Part shown: piece by piece, positions 46,378-54,183 of the stretch
How the letters are laid out: every line of letters starts with the position of its first letter
How positions within the stretch are numbered: position 1 is the stretch's first letter
Source: a virus
Direction: 5' to 3' (one strand)
DNA: 64,000 nt
Virus record (IMG/VR): IMGVR_UViG_3300045988_149572
Translations under genes and position numbers: made by a program
Notes under the pieces: generated by a model
The model's database searches: none
Told to the model about the DNA's origin: nothing
What the model saw: the letters and a program-made list of their open reading frames with translations, nothing else

Positions 46378-47284
46378 ACTCTGGTGGTTTATACGATTCC
46401 TTGAAGTTTTTCATCCTCTCAAAAATCTCCTCCTCAAAGCGCGGAATGCCGATGAAGAACGGCTTGCCGTTGCCGACATCCTGCATATAGTGCCGACCGA
46501 AGGCGGTGAAAATATCATCGTCGTAGCCGAGAGCGTCTATGTGCGGAGCCATAAGGTCGTAGAGGAACTCGTTCCACGCCGGCGGCTGGGCAAGTTCTCC
46601 GTTGGCTCTACGGATGTTTAGCAGCGAATCAGCGTGTCTCTTCGCGTCTTGGATGGTCTTGTAGTCCTGACCTCGCTCAATCCAGCCACGCTTGATGGTG
46701 TGAATCTGCACGGCAAGTCTGTCACGGGGTAGGTTGTACTTGTAGCACATAGCCTCCACCCACATATCCTCGCCCATCAAGACGTCCTCAATCTCCGACA
46801 CAGGAATGATCTCCGTTGCTGTCGGCGATGTCGGTTTTTCTCTTTCTTTTGCTACGACGTAGTCGTAGTTTTCTTTCTCTTCAGGGGCTTTTTCTTCTTG
46901 GGTAGTAGGGGGTGTGGGGGGAGAAGGGGTTTCTTCTTTTTCGGAAAAACCTTCAGAAACCATAGGTTTTTGCTCTTGTAACCTATGGTTTTCGGTATCA
47001 TAACCTATGGTTTTGGGAGGTTTTTGCTCTTGTAACCTATGGTTTTGGGAGGTTTTTTTCGGTCTTCCGCCCTTGCTTCCTCCTTCTCTCCGTTGTCTGT
47101 CCGCCTCGATTGTTGCCGACAGCAGTCCGACAATAAGTTTGCCGACCGCATCGTCCTCGGCAGGCATAATTCCTCTAAGCGCATAGTTGAGCAATGCTTT
47201 CAGCGCGTCTGTCTGTGCCTCCTGAGGAAGCGTTTCTATTGTGTCGAGCCATGACTCGTGGAAGGTGAATCTATTGTTTGCCAT
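46334..47284 (-). CDS. replisome organizer / replication initiator (putative)
   Basis: N-terminal FTFHESWLDTIETLPQEAQ...LNYAL resembles phage replisome-organizer N-domains. Internal iterons. Lies upstream of and overlaps dnaB. ATG 47284 is preferred. Confidence 0.55.
   Translation of the reverse strand: MANNRFTFHESWLDTIETLPQEAQTDALKALLNYALRGIMPAEDDAVGKLIVGLLSATIEADRQRREGGSKGGRPKKTSQNHRLQEQKPPKTIGYDTENHRLQEQKPMVSEGFSEKEETPSPPTPPTTQEEKAPEEKENYDYVVAKEREKPTSPTATEIIPVSEIEDVLMGEDMWVEAMCYKYNLPRDRLAVQIHTIKRGWIERGQDYKTIQDAKRHADSLLNIRRANGELAQPPAWNEFLYDLMAPHIDALGYDDDIFTAFGRHYMQDVGNGKPFFIGIPRFEEEIFERMKNFKESYKPPEYEQPVQSGSGSQSA
46955..47050. repeat. iteron cluster (candidate phage origin)
   Basis: Near-palindromic AACCTATGGTT (3 copies) plus AACCATAGGTT. 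A 28-bp direct repeat GGTTTTTGCTCTTGTAACCTATGGTTTT occurs twice, starting at about 46965 and about 47019. All lie inside the organizer ORF. Confidence 0.6.
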
Positions 47285-47288
47285 TCTT

Positions 47289-47519
47289 CTATTTGATTTT
47301 GGCTGCATAGTCATTGAGCAGCCTGTGGTAACTGATTCTGTCGGTGGTGACCAGATGTCTGATTGCCTTCAGCGTTTCCTCGTACACCGCACGGTGGATT
47401 TCGATGAACGGCACGAGGTGCGGTGGGTTGGAGCCCTCCTGCATCCTCTGAATCATATCATACAGTTTCTCTTCGTCAATCATATCTTGTATATTATTGG
47501 AAGGTTCGCTGATGTCCAC
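47289..47519 (-). CDS. hypothetical protein
   Basis: 76-aa ORF. The real start may be the internal MIDEEK. Confidence 0.4.
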   Translation of the reverse strand: MDISEPSNNIQDMIDEEKLYDMIQRMQEGSNPPHLVPFIEIHRAVYEETLKAIRHLVTTDRISYHRLLNDYAAKIK

Positions 47520-47971
47520 GCAAGAAGCATAGCGTCACGCTCCTCCTGGTTGCTCCGCTTGGCGGTATAGCCGGTTATGGCGCATATCTCCTCGTGGGTG
47601 ATTTTGCGGTCTTTGCCCTTCCAGATTTTGCGCAGGGGCGGTTGAAGCCGAACATCAAAGCTGAAGTGCCGCGCTATGTCGGCAATGTCTATGCCTATCT
47701 GATGGTTGCGCCCCACGTGGTAGCCTTTTTTAGCCGCCACCGCCTTGCTGTCGGAAGGCAGTGAATGGAAGTTGTGGGCAGTGGCCCACGAAGCCTCCAC
47801 CACCACAGCGACCGTCAACGTGGGATATTCGTTGCGCACTCTGCGGAAGTCGTCCGTCAGCGCGGGAAGCGTCATTGTGGTCGCTTCAATCCTTTTGGTT
47901 TTGGGACAGAGTGTTGCGACACCGCTTGCCTCCACGTCAGGGTCGATGCCGATGATAATGTCGTATGTCAT
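47480..47971 (-). CDS. RuvC-like Holliday junction resolvase
   Basis: IIIGIDPDVEASG, VVVEASW and EERDAMLLAW match the RuvC-fold acidic residues. Confidence 0.65.
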   Translation of the reverse strand: MTYDIIIGIDPDVEASGVATLCPKTKRIEATTMTLPALTDDFRRVRNEYPTLTVAVVVEASWATAHNFHSLPSDSKAVAAKKGYHVGRNHQIGIDIADIARHFSFDVRLQPPLRKIWKGKDRKITHEEICAITGYTAKRSNQEERDAMLLAWTSANLPIIYKI

Positions 47972-48405
47972 AGATACTCCTTTCTTCTGTTGATTTCAAT
48001 TTCCGCCTGTCTAATCATATATTCCTCCTCCGGGGTGGGGATATACCAACCTTCGGTGGCCGCCCAGTTTCGGAAGCGTTCAATTGCCGTTGTCATATCC
48101 TCCGTTGACAAGTCTCTGCTTGATTTCAGCGTCCTCACGTTCTGTTGCAGACGGGTGTCGTAACGTTCGGTGACAAACAAATCTGCGTTGCAATGCGCCT
48201 TGAAGTAATACCGCTTCACGTAGTCCATCGTGTTGCCCGTCTCCATTGCCACAATGCCGATACAGACGTGCAGGTAGCGGTTCTGTGGGTCGCTACGCTG
48301 CTTTCTCTCGGTCAGTTCGACCGAGGGCGAGTGCTTGTCAATCAACGACTGCAAGCGTGTCTTGGCACGCTCACAATCGTAGGGATTGGATAGGTCGAAC
48401 AACAT
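47968..48405 (-). CDS. NinB/Orf-like recombination mediator
   Basis: RSDPQNRYLHVCIGIV parallels lambda NinB RSLDQNRKLWACLGDV. Confidence 0.6.
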   Translation of the reverse strand: MLFDLSNPYDCERAKTRLQSLIDKHSPSVELTERKQRSDPQNRYLHVCIGIVAMETGNTMDYVKRYYFKAHCNADLFVTERYDTRLQQNVRTLKSSRDLSTEDMTTAIERFRNWAATEGWYIPTPEEEYMIRQAEIEINRRKEYL

Positions 48406-48411
48406 AGTCCG

Positions 48412-48720
48412 TTAGAATGGAAGATCGTCGGAGGAGGCAGACGGAGCCGCCTCAATCTGTTCAGTGGTCGGTTGGCTTGGCATAGGCTTCAGCTCCGAGA
48501 AGTCGCCTATGTAGAGGTTCTCGCCCTCCACCTGCTGGTCTTTCGGTACGCTTACTTTCATAGAATGGGTGTATGTGCGCTCTCCGAATGTGGAGGGCGT
48601 CTTGCGCTCCCATAGACCGACATTGAGGAATATGTGTTCTGTGCCGTCCTTGCACATTACTTTTTTGAAAAATCTCTTTGGGACTTTGGTTAAGTCGATT
48701 GATCCAGTGTAGTTGCTCAT
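48412..48720 (-). CDS. short SSB-like protein with acidic DDLPF tip
   Basis: 102 aa. The C-terminal SSDDLPF mimics the bacterial SSB tail (DDDIPF). Lies inside the recombination module. Confidence 0.45.
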   Translation of the reverse strand: MSNYTGSIDLTKVPKRFFKKVMCKDGTEHIFLNVGLWERKTPSTFGERTYTHSMKVSVPKDQQVEGENLYIGDFSELKPMPSQPTTEQIEAAPSASSDDLPF

Positions 48721-49613
48721 AATGATGTAATTCTTATTGATGATTTGACTTTGGTTGTTTTGATGTAATTCTTGTAGGATTCAGGATGTTCCTCTTTGAA
48801 CCTCTTGGCGTCGAATGTTTCTTTGGTGGAAGGCTCAATGTAGGTAAGCCGCATATTGTCGGTTTCCCATTTCTTCACTCCAGCCTTCTCCATCTCGCCC
48901 TTCATCCGCTCAGAGAACGTCTTCACCTGCTTCTCTATCTCTTTTTTCCTAGCAAGTAGGTCAAGAATCTGCATCTCCATAGCCTTGTAGCGGTCGGGCA
49001 ACGTGTTGACGCTCGGAAGTGGGTTGACGAATTGCCGTCCTTCCACCTCGGCGGCGAGGAGAGAGTCAATCACGCCGTCAGGAATGCGCTGTACCTCCGT
49101 TATTTTAGCCTTGTCACCGCGGAGCCAGATAGCAAGCAGACCGACAACCTTACAGCCTGGGTTCTGCCGCTCGAAGAATGTGGCGTAGATGGACAGTTGC
49201 CAACGTACCTTGTCCTCGTTGAGATTACGCACGGTCTTGATGTCGCCGAGGATATACTCCGTTTCGGAGACTTTGAACACCTTGTCAATAGGAGACGCAA
49301 AGTGCTCGTTGTCGCTGACAACGTACTCGGATTCACACGGAACGTAGCCGCCCTCCTTGATTAGCCGTTGGTAATTGACCACTTCTGGAATATCCTCGAA
49401 AGTAGTGCCGAAGTCGTCGCAGAACTCCACTTGTGCGTGGATTGCACTGCCACGCTCGGCTGCGGCCTTCAGCGTCTCTTCGTCAACCCCGGCATATTCA
49501 TCGGGAAACAATTGCCGTTGGAGCATCCCAGTGATGCCCTGCAACGCCCTCCCGTCGGGCGCGGTATAGGTATGCCCGACGGGGTCAAATACAATTTCAG
49601 AATATCTCAACAT
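48717..49613 (-). CDS. PD-(D/E)XK recombination exonuclease (YqaJ/Cas4-like)
   Basis: SPID...ILGDIKT is the D...DxK motif and RWQLSIY is QxxxY. Confidence 0.65.
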   Translation of the reverse strand: MLRYSEIVFDPVGHTYTAPDGRALQGITGMLQRQLFPDEYAGVDEETLKAAAERGSAIHAQVEFCDDFGTTFEDIPEVVNYQRLIKEGGYVPCESEYVVSDNEHFASPIDKVFKVSETEYILGDIKTVRNLNEDKVRWQLSIYATFFERQNPGCKVVGLLAIWLRGDKAKITEVQRIPDGVIDSLLAAEVEGRQFVNPLPSVNTLPDRYKAMEMQILDLLARKKEIEKQVKTFSERMKGEMEKAGVKKWETDNMRLTYIEPSTKETFDAKRFKEEHPESYKNYIKTTKVKSSIRITSL

Positions 49614-49614
49614 A

Positions 49615-50235
49615 TTAGCCTTGTTTTAGTTGTTGTTTTCTTTGGGAACAAGCGGTGATTACCGCTTCGTCCTTGCCGAAGTAATAAGAGTTCTTCTTAT
49701 ATATCGCAACGACTTCCTCCTCGGTCTGTGCGGCATACACCGCCGCTATTACTGCCGCCTTGTCAGGAGCAGGAATAGCGGGTGCTGGAGCAGTCGCCTT
49801 TGCCTTGCCTGAGCCCTTCGAGGTTGCCGTGTACTCCTTGCCGTTGTTCAAAGTGTCGGCATCCTTTGTGTCGTCGATAGCAAGCAAGCCGTTGAGCGCG
49901 TATTTTCGTGCATAGGAGGATGCGGCACCCGTCACTTGGCTGCCGTCCATTCCTTTTTTTGTCGCTTCCTCACGGGCGAAAGCCTGGTTGGATAGCGACC
50001 GTTCTCCGTCAGTCAGCGTTGCGGTTGCCTTGACGTAAAATCTGTCACCAAGCACCACGATATCATCGGTGATGGTTAGAAATAGCCCCTCGGCTTTGAG
50101 GAGAGGCTTGACCGCCTCGAGGATGTCCTCGCAGTTGCGGTAATTGTAGCCGCCGAAGTTGTTCCGTTGATTCTTCGGTGCTTTGAGTTGTGATTGCACA
50201 GCAATCACACGCTCGGTGAATGTCTTGTCTGCCAT
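49615..50235 (-). CDS. erf: ERF-family single-strand annealing protein
   Basis: FGGYNYRNCEDILEAVKPLLKAEGL and SYARKYALNGLL are ERF-like. ATG 50235 (MADKTFTE) is preferred. Confidence 0.7.
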   Translation of the reverse strand: MADKTFTERVIAVQSQLKAPKNQRNNFGGYNYRNCEDILEAVKPLLKAEGLFLTITDDIVVLGDRFYVKATATLTDGERSLSNQAFAREEATKKGMDGSQVTGAASSYARKYALNGLLAIDDTKDADTLNNGKEYTATSKGSGKAKATAPAPAIPAPDKAAVIAAVYAAQTEEEVVAIYKKNSYYFGKDEAVITACSQRKQQLKQG

Positions 50236-50237
50236 AT

Positions 50238-50420
50238 CTATATAAGTTTTCTGTCTGTTAGCATACATAAGATTTTCAGGGAGGCGAGGAACGATGCCAA
50301 CGCCCCAGCCTTGATGAGAGTGAACGGCAATAGTGCCGCACTCTCGTCCTCGTTGCATAGGAGGACGATGCTGACTCCCATCCACACGGTCATCAGCAGG
50401 TAGATGATTAGTTTCTTCAT
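50238..50420 (-). CDS. small membrane protein
   Basis: MKKLIIYLLMTVWMGVSIVLL... has two hydrophobic segments. Trimmed to ATG 50420. Confidence 0.45.
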   Translation of the reverse strand: MKKLIIYLLMTVWMGVSIVLLCNEDESAALLPFTLIKAGALASFLASLKILCMLTDRKLI

Positions 50421-50518
50421 ATATTTTGTTTTTTTATAATTGTCTGATAAAAAGGAGACTATCCTCACAGACCGCCTCCCGAAAAAAACGTTGTCAATAA
50501 ATGATACGAAAGTAGTAG

Positions 50519-50610
50519 TCGGCTCGGAGGTATCGAACCTCGCCCCGGTCGTAGAGAATTGGATAAGAAGTTGTTAATAATTACCGACCGAAGCCTACCA
50601 GTGCGAGCCG
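50519..50610 (-). ncRNA. tRNA-like element 1 (92 nt, non-canonical)
   Basis: 7-bp acceptor CGGCTCG/CGAGCCG. T arm GAGG-TTCGATA-CCTC (4 bp only). CGGTCG/CGACCG stem closes a 33-nt AU-rich loop. No clear D arm. Confidence 0.35.
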
Positions 50611-50675
50611 TGATGCCTCCCATATCCTCACGGACGGAGAGGCGATGAAATCTCAATCGTTAAAAAGAATGTAAG

Positions 50676-50786
50676 TGGCAGAGGGGGGAATCGAACCCCC
50701 TGTGAAAAACAATTATCAACTAAACTCAATTACTAAACTCAATCATACTCTACTAAATGGGAAATGCGGAACCACCGCGCTCTGCC
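50676..50786 (-). ncRNA. tRNA-like element 2 (111 nt, non-canonical)
   Basis: 7-bp acceptor GGCAGAG/CTCTGCC. T arm GGGGG-TTCGATT-CCCCC. D-like GCGG-TGGTT-CCGC. A ~60-nt AU-rich insert with ATTGAGTTTAGT twice sits where the anticodon arm should be. Confidence 0.4.
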
Positions 50787-50857
50787 TTGTCCTCCTGCGC
50801 CCGTCACGGGTTTGGAGGGAAAATTATGAGTAAAAGTTGCTTTAATAAAGGGAATAG

Positions 50858-50903
50858 GAGCGGTGGGAGGACTCGAACCTCCCCTCGGCACCTTGCCACC
50901 GCT
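50858..50903 (-). ncRNA. tRNA-like minihelix 3 (46 nt)
   Basis: AGCGGTG / CACCGCT acceptor, small GGCA-AGG-TGCC hairpin, T arm GGAGG-TTCGAGT-CCTCC. No room for D or anticodon arms. Confidence 0.4.
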
Positions 50904-51142
50904 CGGAATATATAGAGTGAGCAGTCAATTGCTCTGTAAGGAGTGCTGCTCGTTGGTTGGTTGTATACACTGCGGCGTCATAGGCTCGCCGCGTAGCCCC
51001 AGCACCTGTTGCATAGTCGGTGCTGACCACATCCGCAACGCCAACTCACACACTCGGCTGGAATGCTTATTGTGTGCGACTCGTTGCGGTCGTTATGCTT
51101 GTTGTCAATACGTCAATGTGCTTTTGCCTCTAAGAGGCGTTG

Positions 51143-51185
51143 TAGGCAGGATGAGAATCGAACCCATCCGTATACCATACTGCCT
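51143..51185 (-). ncRNA. tRNA-like minihelix 4 (43 nt)
   Basis: AGGCA/TGCCT helix stacked on GGATGGG-TTCGATT-CTCATCC. Starts at the last base of the upstream stop codon. Confidence 0.4.
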
Positions 51186-51676
51186 TATTCGTAGATGAAT
51201 GCGTCGGAGCATTCGTGCCCGACCAAATCACAGAACTCCTGTGCTTCTTTAAGAAGGTGCGTATATGTGGGGCCGTCCAATATCGGCGAGATTGCCCACT
51301 CGCCGGAGATGTAGCGGTTGCACTCGACCAACAAGCGGTAGGTCTTACCGTCTACGCCTGTCACCTTAGTAGTGACCTCCGCATCTTGTTCGGCATCTTG
51401 TTCGGCTTTCGCTATTGCTTCCTTGCATTGTCGGATAACATCGTTCAGCGATTCACTCTTGATTCCTATCGGCTTGCGGTCTTCGAGAATCTTGATGTTC
51501 TCCTCGTATTCATCCGCCCATTCAATCAAGGCTTTGGCGGCTTCCTTGTCTGCTTCTCTCACTTTCGACAAGCTCTCACGGAGAGCCGCTTCAGCAGCTT
51601 TGTAGGCTTCGAGCCGCTTCGCCCAGATAGCAGGGCGGTATATACGTCTTACGTCTTCTTCCATATCTATGACCAT
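51185..51676 (-). CDS. hypothetical early protein
   Basis: 163-aa ORF. Internal AEQDAEQDAE comes from a 12-nt tandem repeat. Confidence 0.55.
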   Translation of the reverse strand: MVIDMEEDVRRIYRPAIWAKRLEAYKAAEAALRESLSKVREADKEAAKALIEWADEYEENIKILEDRKPIGIKSESLNDVIRQCKEAIAKAEQDAEQDAEVTTKVTGVDGKTYRLLVECNRYISGEWAISPILDGPTYTHLLKEAQEFCDLVGHECSDAFIYE

Positions 51677-52029
51677 TCACAAGTGTTGGTATATCCGTTG
51701 ATGGCTTCGTCAAGGTCGCCTTCATTCTCTATCTCCACGTCGCCCAACTCACCATCGCAGGCGGTAATGTCAACGATGCTGATTCCATAGGCGTCCTCTC
51801 CATACTCCGGCTCTGTGTAGGTCGCCGCGTGGTAATGCCTGTTCTCAGCCCACATATTGTAGAATACGGAGATGACTAAGCCGTTTATCTCTGTCCAAAA
51901 CTCCCATTTTTCGTAGGGATAGGAGAATGCGTCCGAATAGTTCTCGTCAATCTCTTTTTTGAAATCTTTCGCGATTTGCGCGATGTCCGCTTTGCTCAGT
52001 AGGACTCTCTTTAATTTTTTTGTCTGCAT
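51667..52029 (-). CDS. hypothetical acidic early protein
   Basis: 120-aa ORF with an acidic C-terminal half. Confidence 0.55.
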   Translation of the reverse strand: MQTKKLKRVLLSKADIAQIAKDFKKEIDENYSDAFSYPYEKWEFWTEINGLVISVFYNMWAENRHYHAATYTEPEYGEDAYGISIVDITACDGELGDVEIENEGDLDEAINGYTNTCEWS

Positions 52030-52051
52030 TGCTCTATATGTTATTGGTTAG

Positions 52052-52345
52052 TTAATTATGACTGAACACCTTGTCAAGGTCGCTCTTCTTGATTCTGATT
52101 ACGTTGCCGTTCCGTCCTGCGTGGAGCCATCCACCGCGTATGCGGTTGTGGATTGTTCCCACGCTGACGCCCACATATTCGGCAGCCTCCTTGATGGTGA
52201 GCAGAGCGTCTTCCTCCTGCGGTTTGACCGCCTCAAGCAGGCATTCTCCCCAAGCGAGGAAAGCCTGTCGCAGTTGTTCGGTGGTCACCGATATGGTGAC
52301 GTTCTGACCGGACTGTATGATGCTGTTGATGTCAAGCGTGTTCAT
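52052..52345 (-). CDS. excisionase/MerR-type HTH protein
   Basis: LLTIKEAAEYVGVSVGTIHNRIRGGWL...IRIKKSDL fits the excisionase-family HTH (HTH_17). ATG 52345 is preferred. Confidence 0.6.
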   Translation of the reverse strand: MNTLDINSIIQSGQNVTISVTTEQLRQAFLAWGECLLEAVKPQEEDALLTIKEAAEYVGVSVGTIHNRIRGGWLHAGRNGNVIRIKKSDLDKVFSHN

Positions 52346-52542
52346 TTCAGTCTGATTGCGTGTGTTGCCAACTCGTGGTTCACTTGCCACACCTTATACT
52401 TCGCTTCGCCCCGGACATTGATGGCGTAGGCTGCCGCGCGCACTGTGCTGGAGGATGTCTGCCTATAAGGGAAAACCATCTCTTCGCCCACCTGTAGAGC
52501 TTTCAAAGTTTCTGTTACGTTGATTTTTTTTATAATTTTCAT
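52342..52542 (-). CDS. hypothetical first gene of the leftward early operon (Cro position)
   Basis: 66-aa ORF divergent from the CI-like repressor. Confidence 0.45.
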   Translation of the reverse strand: MKIIKKINVTETLKALQVGEEMVFPYRQTSSSTVRAAAYAINVRGEAKYKVWQVNHELATHAIRLK

Positions 52543-52563
52543 TGTTATGTTGTTTTATATTAG

Positions 52564-52571
52564 TACTTTTG
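52564..52571 (+). promoter_or_regulatory. -7 box TACTTTTG (rightward, repressor side)
   Basis: Matches Bacteroides TAnnTTTG in the divergent intergenic region. Confidence 0.35.
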
Positions 52572-52616
52572 CACCGTTGTTTTGTGTTTGGCGGTGGTTT
52601 TGTTCTAAACACATTG

Positions 52617-52624
52617 CAAAGATA
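52617..52624 (-). promoter_or_regulatory. -7 box TATCTTTG (leftward early promoter)
   Basis: CAAAGATA on the + strand, about 75 nt upstream of ATG 52542. Confidence 0.35.
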
Positions 52625-52629
52625 ACCGA

Positions 52630-52651
52630 ATATTGGGTGTACACCAAATAT
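52630..52651. promoter_or_regulatory. 22-bp near-perfect palindrome (candidate operator)
   Basis: ATATTGGGTGT|ACACCAAATAT with one mismatch, lying between the divergent promoters. Confidence 0.45.
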
Positions 52652-52703
52652 TTCACCAAAAATATTATTCATAACTTAGTTAAAAAGTGTTACATCGGTA
52701 TCA

Positions 52704-53303
52704 ATGAATGGATTAGACATAAAGAATTTGCGCCTAAAATTAGGTGTTACGCAGAGGGAACTCGCTGAGATGGTCGGAGTGTCAGAGAAGACCGTGCAAA
52801 ATTGGGAGTATGGCAAGCCTATTCCGACTACGAAACACCAAATTTTACGGACTATTCAGTCTGGGGTAGAGGAGAATGTAAGCACGGAAGATATTAATCA
52901 GCGCATTAGAAAGGTGTTGAAAGATAAAGATTTATCTGTTGCAGCCTTTAGTAGGGAAGCGGGAATAGAGCAAACGACATTGAATAGGCAACTGAATGGT
53001 GGAAGTAAGGTGTCTGTTGGAACCATCAAGGCTTTTCTCCTTAAATTTAAGGACATTTCCGCAGAATGGCTTCTGCGCGGTGTAGGCGATATGTGCTGTG
53101 GCGTCCCAGACGAACAGCTCGAACGTGAGATAGCGGAGGAGACAGGTCGTGTGCAGAGCATCGGCGACAATTCCAACCACAACACGCAGACAATGACGGA
53201 TTCCGCCATTGCCAAGGAGAATGAGATGCTAAGGAAGAGTATCGAGGAGAAGAACGAGGAAATCAAGTTCCTCCGCTCCTTAATCCAAAGAAATGCAGAC
53301 TAA
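52704..53303 (+). CDS. CI-like repressor with two HTH domains
   Basis: LRLKLGVTQRELAEMVGVSEKTVQNWE is an XRE HTH. The second domain DLSVAAFSREAGIEQTTLNRQLNG...AEWLL is Phage_CI_repr-like. Coiled-coil C-terminus. Confidence 0.75.
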   Translation: MNGLDIKNLRLKLGVTQRELAEMVGVSEKTVQNWEYGKPIPTTKHQILRTIQSGVEENVSTEDINQRIRKVLKDKDLSVAAFSREAGIEQTTLNRQLNGGSKVSVGTIKAFLLKFKDISAEWLLRGVGDMCCGVPDEQLEREIAEETGRVQSIGDNSNHNTQTMTDSAIAKENEMLRKSIEEKNEEIKFLRSLIQRNAD

Positions 53304-53315
53304 ATATTTTCGGTT

Positions 53316-53750
53316 ATGAGAAAGTTTTTTTATAAAATGAGAATGGTGGACGAGCAGATTGTGGAGACCCTGCACATCCATAGAAGCGTACACCTCGCCA
53401 AGCTGATGGTACAGTTCGCTCCTCCTATCGGCGCGGGGCTTATGATGTGTCACACGGCAGTTCTCCTTATGGGTTATGTGTGGTCGGTCGCCTCGGTGAT
53501 CGCGCGGAGTGCGCTGCTCGTGTTCGCGCTTATGGTGGTTCTTTCCGTGGCTTTCGGCTTCTGTTGGATTCATCGGGCGTTCTGCGGCTACAATTTATTG
53601 GTAAACGCTTGCATTGAATATGAGAAGCTGTTCGGATTCGGAACGCTCCTTACCCCGGCGAGATGGTTTGTGCTTGCGCTTGGCGCCGTGCTTTTCTTCC
53701 TTTATTTCCGACGGAAATGGCTTGTGAAACATAAGAAATACAAAATCTAA
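53316..53750 (+). CDS. integral membrane protein
   Basis: 144 aa with about 4 hydrophobic segments. Co-oriented with the repressor, so lysogeny-expressed by position. Confidence 0.55.
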   Translation: MRKFFYKMRMVDEQIVETLHIHRSVHLAKLMVQFAPPIGAGLMMCHTAVLLMGYVWSVASVIARSALLVFALMVVLSVAFGFCWIHRAFCGYNLLVNACIEYEKLFGFGTLLTPARWFVLALGAVLFFLYFRRKWLVKHKKYKI

Positions 53751-53753
53751 AAA

Positions 53754-54167
53754 ATGGATAAGACAAAAGCTATTCTTTGCGGCATATCCGTAGTTGGTGC
53801 GCTGTTGGTAGGATGTGGGTATGTTGCAGTATGCGCCCACAATGGAAGATATATAGAGGCTGGCGACAGTATTGTTTTCGACACGTGGGAAGAGATGTAT
53901 ATACCATTGTCTCCAGATTTCTCCTCGGTTGACAACACTCGCCCATCTAAAGGTCATTACGCTGACAGGGAAGCGTATATGCTATGGCTGTCGCTAAGGA
54001 ACAAAGGGCTACTTACTTTGCCTTATTTCCGATTCAAAGAGGTTCTGCGTGATGACAAGCGCAGGAGAAAATTGTACGATGCTTTGGTAGCGAATGATGC
54101 GTTTGTCGGCCCGAACTATGGCTATGAGCGTTTCAAGGCGCAAATGACATTGTCTGAAGATGATTGA
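53754..54167 (+). CDS. membrane-anchored or secreted hypothetical protein
   Basis: 137 aa with the N-terminal hydrophobic segment ILCGISVVGALLVGCGYVAV. Confidence 0.5.
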   Translation: MDKTKAILCGISVVGALLVGCGYVAVCAHNGRYIEAGDSIVFDTWEEMYIPLSPDFSSVDNTRPSKGHYADREAYMLWLSLRNKGLLTLPYFRFKEVLRDDKRRRKLYDALVANDAFVGPNYGYERFKAQMTLSEDD

Positions 54168-54183
54168 GGGGGTGTCGACAACA

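Larger units (their letters stand above)
50470..51185 (-). ncRNA. hairpin-dense non-coding block with four tRNA-like modules
   Basis: About 700 nt between same-strand genes. The two 60-111-aa track ORFs here (50842-51030 on the minus strand and 50863-51198 on the plus strand) both run through the GC-rich helices and were rejected as coding. Four T-loop signatures and many GC-rich helices. Confidence 0.55.

Noticed and set aside
50519-51185. Calling the four T-loop-containing elements ordinary tRNA genes
   Set aside because: By hand folding none has a canonical D arm plus a 5-bp anticodon stem with a 7-nt loop. Two are too short at 43-46 nt and two carry large AU-rich inserts. They are reported as tRNA-like ncRNA pending tRNAscan-SE or Infernal.
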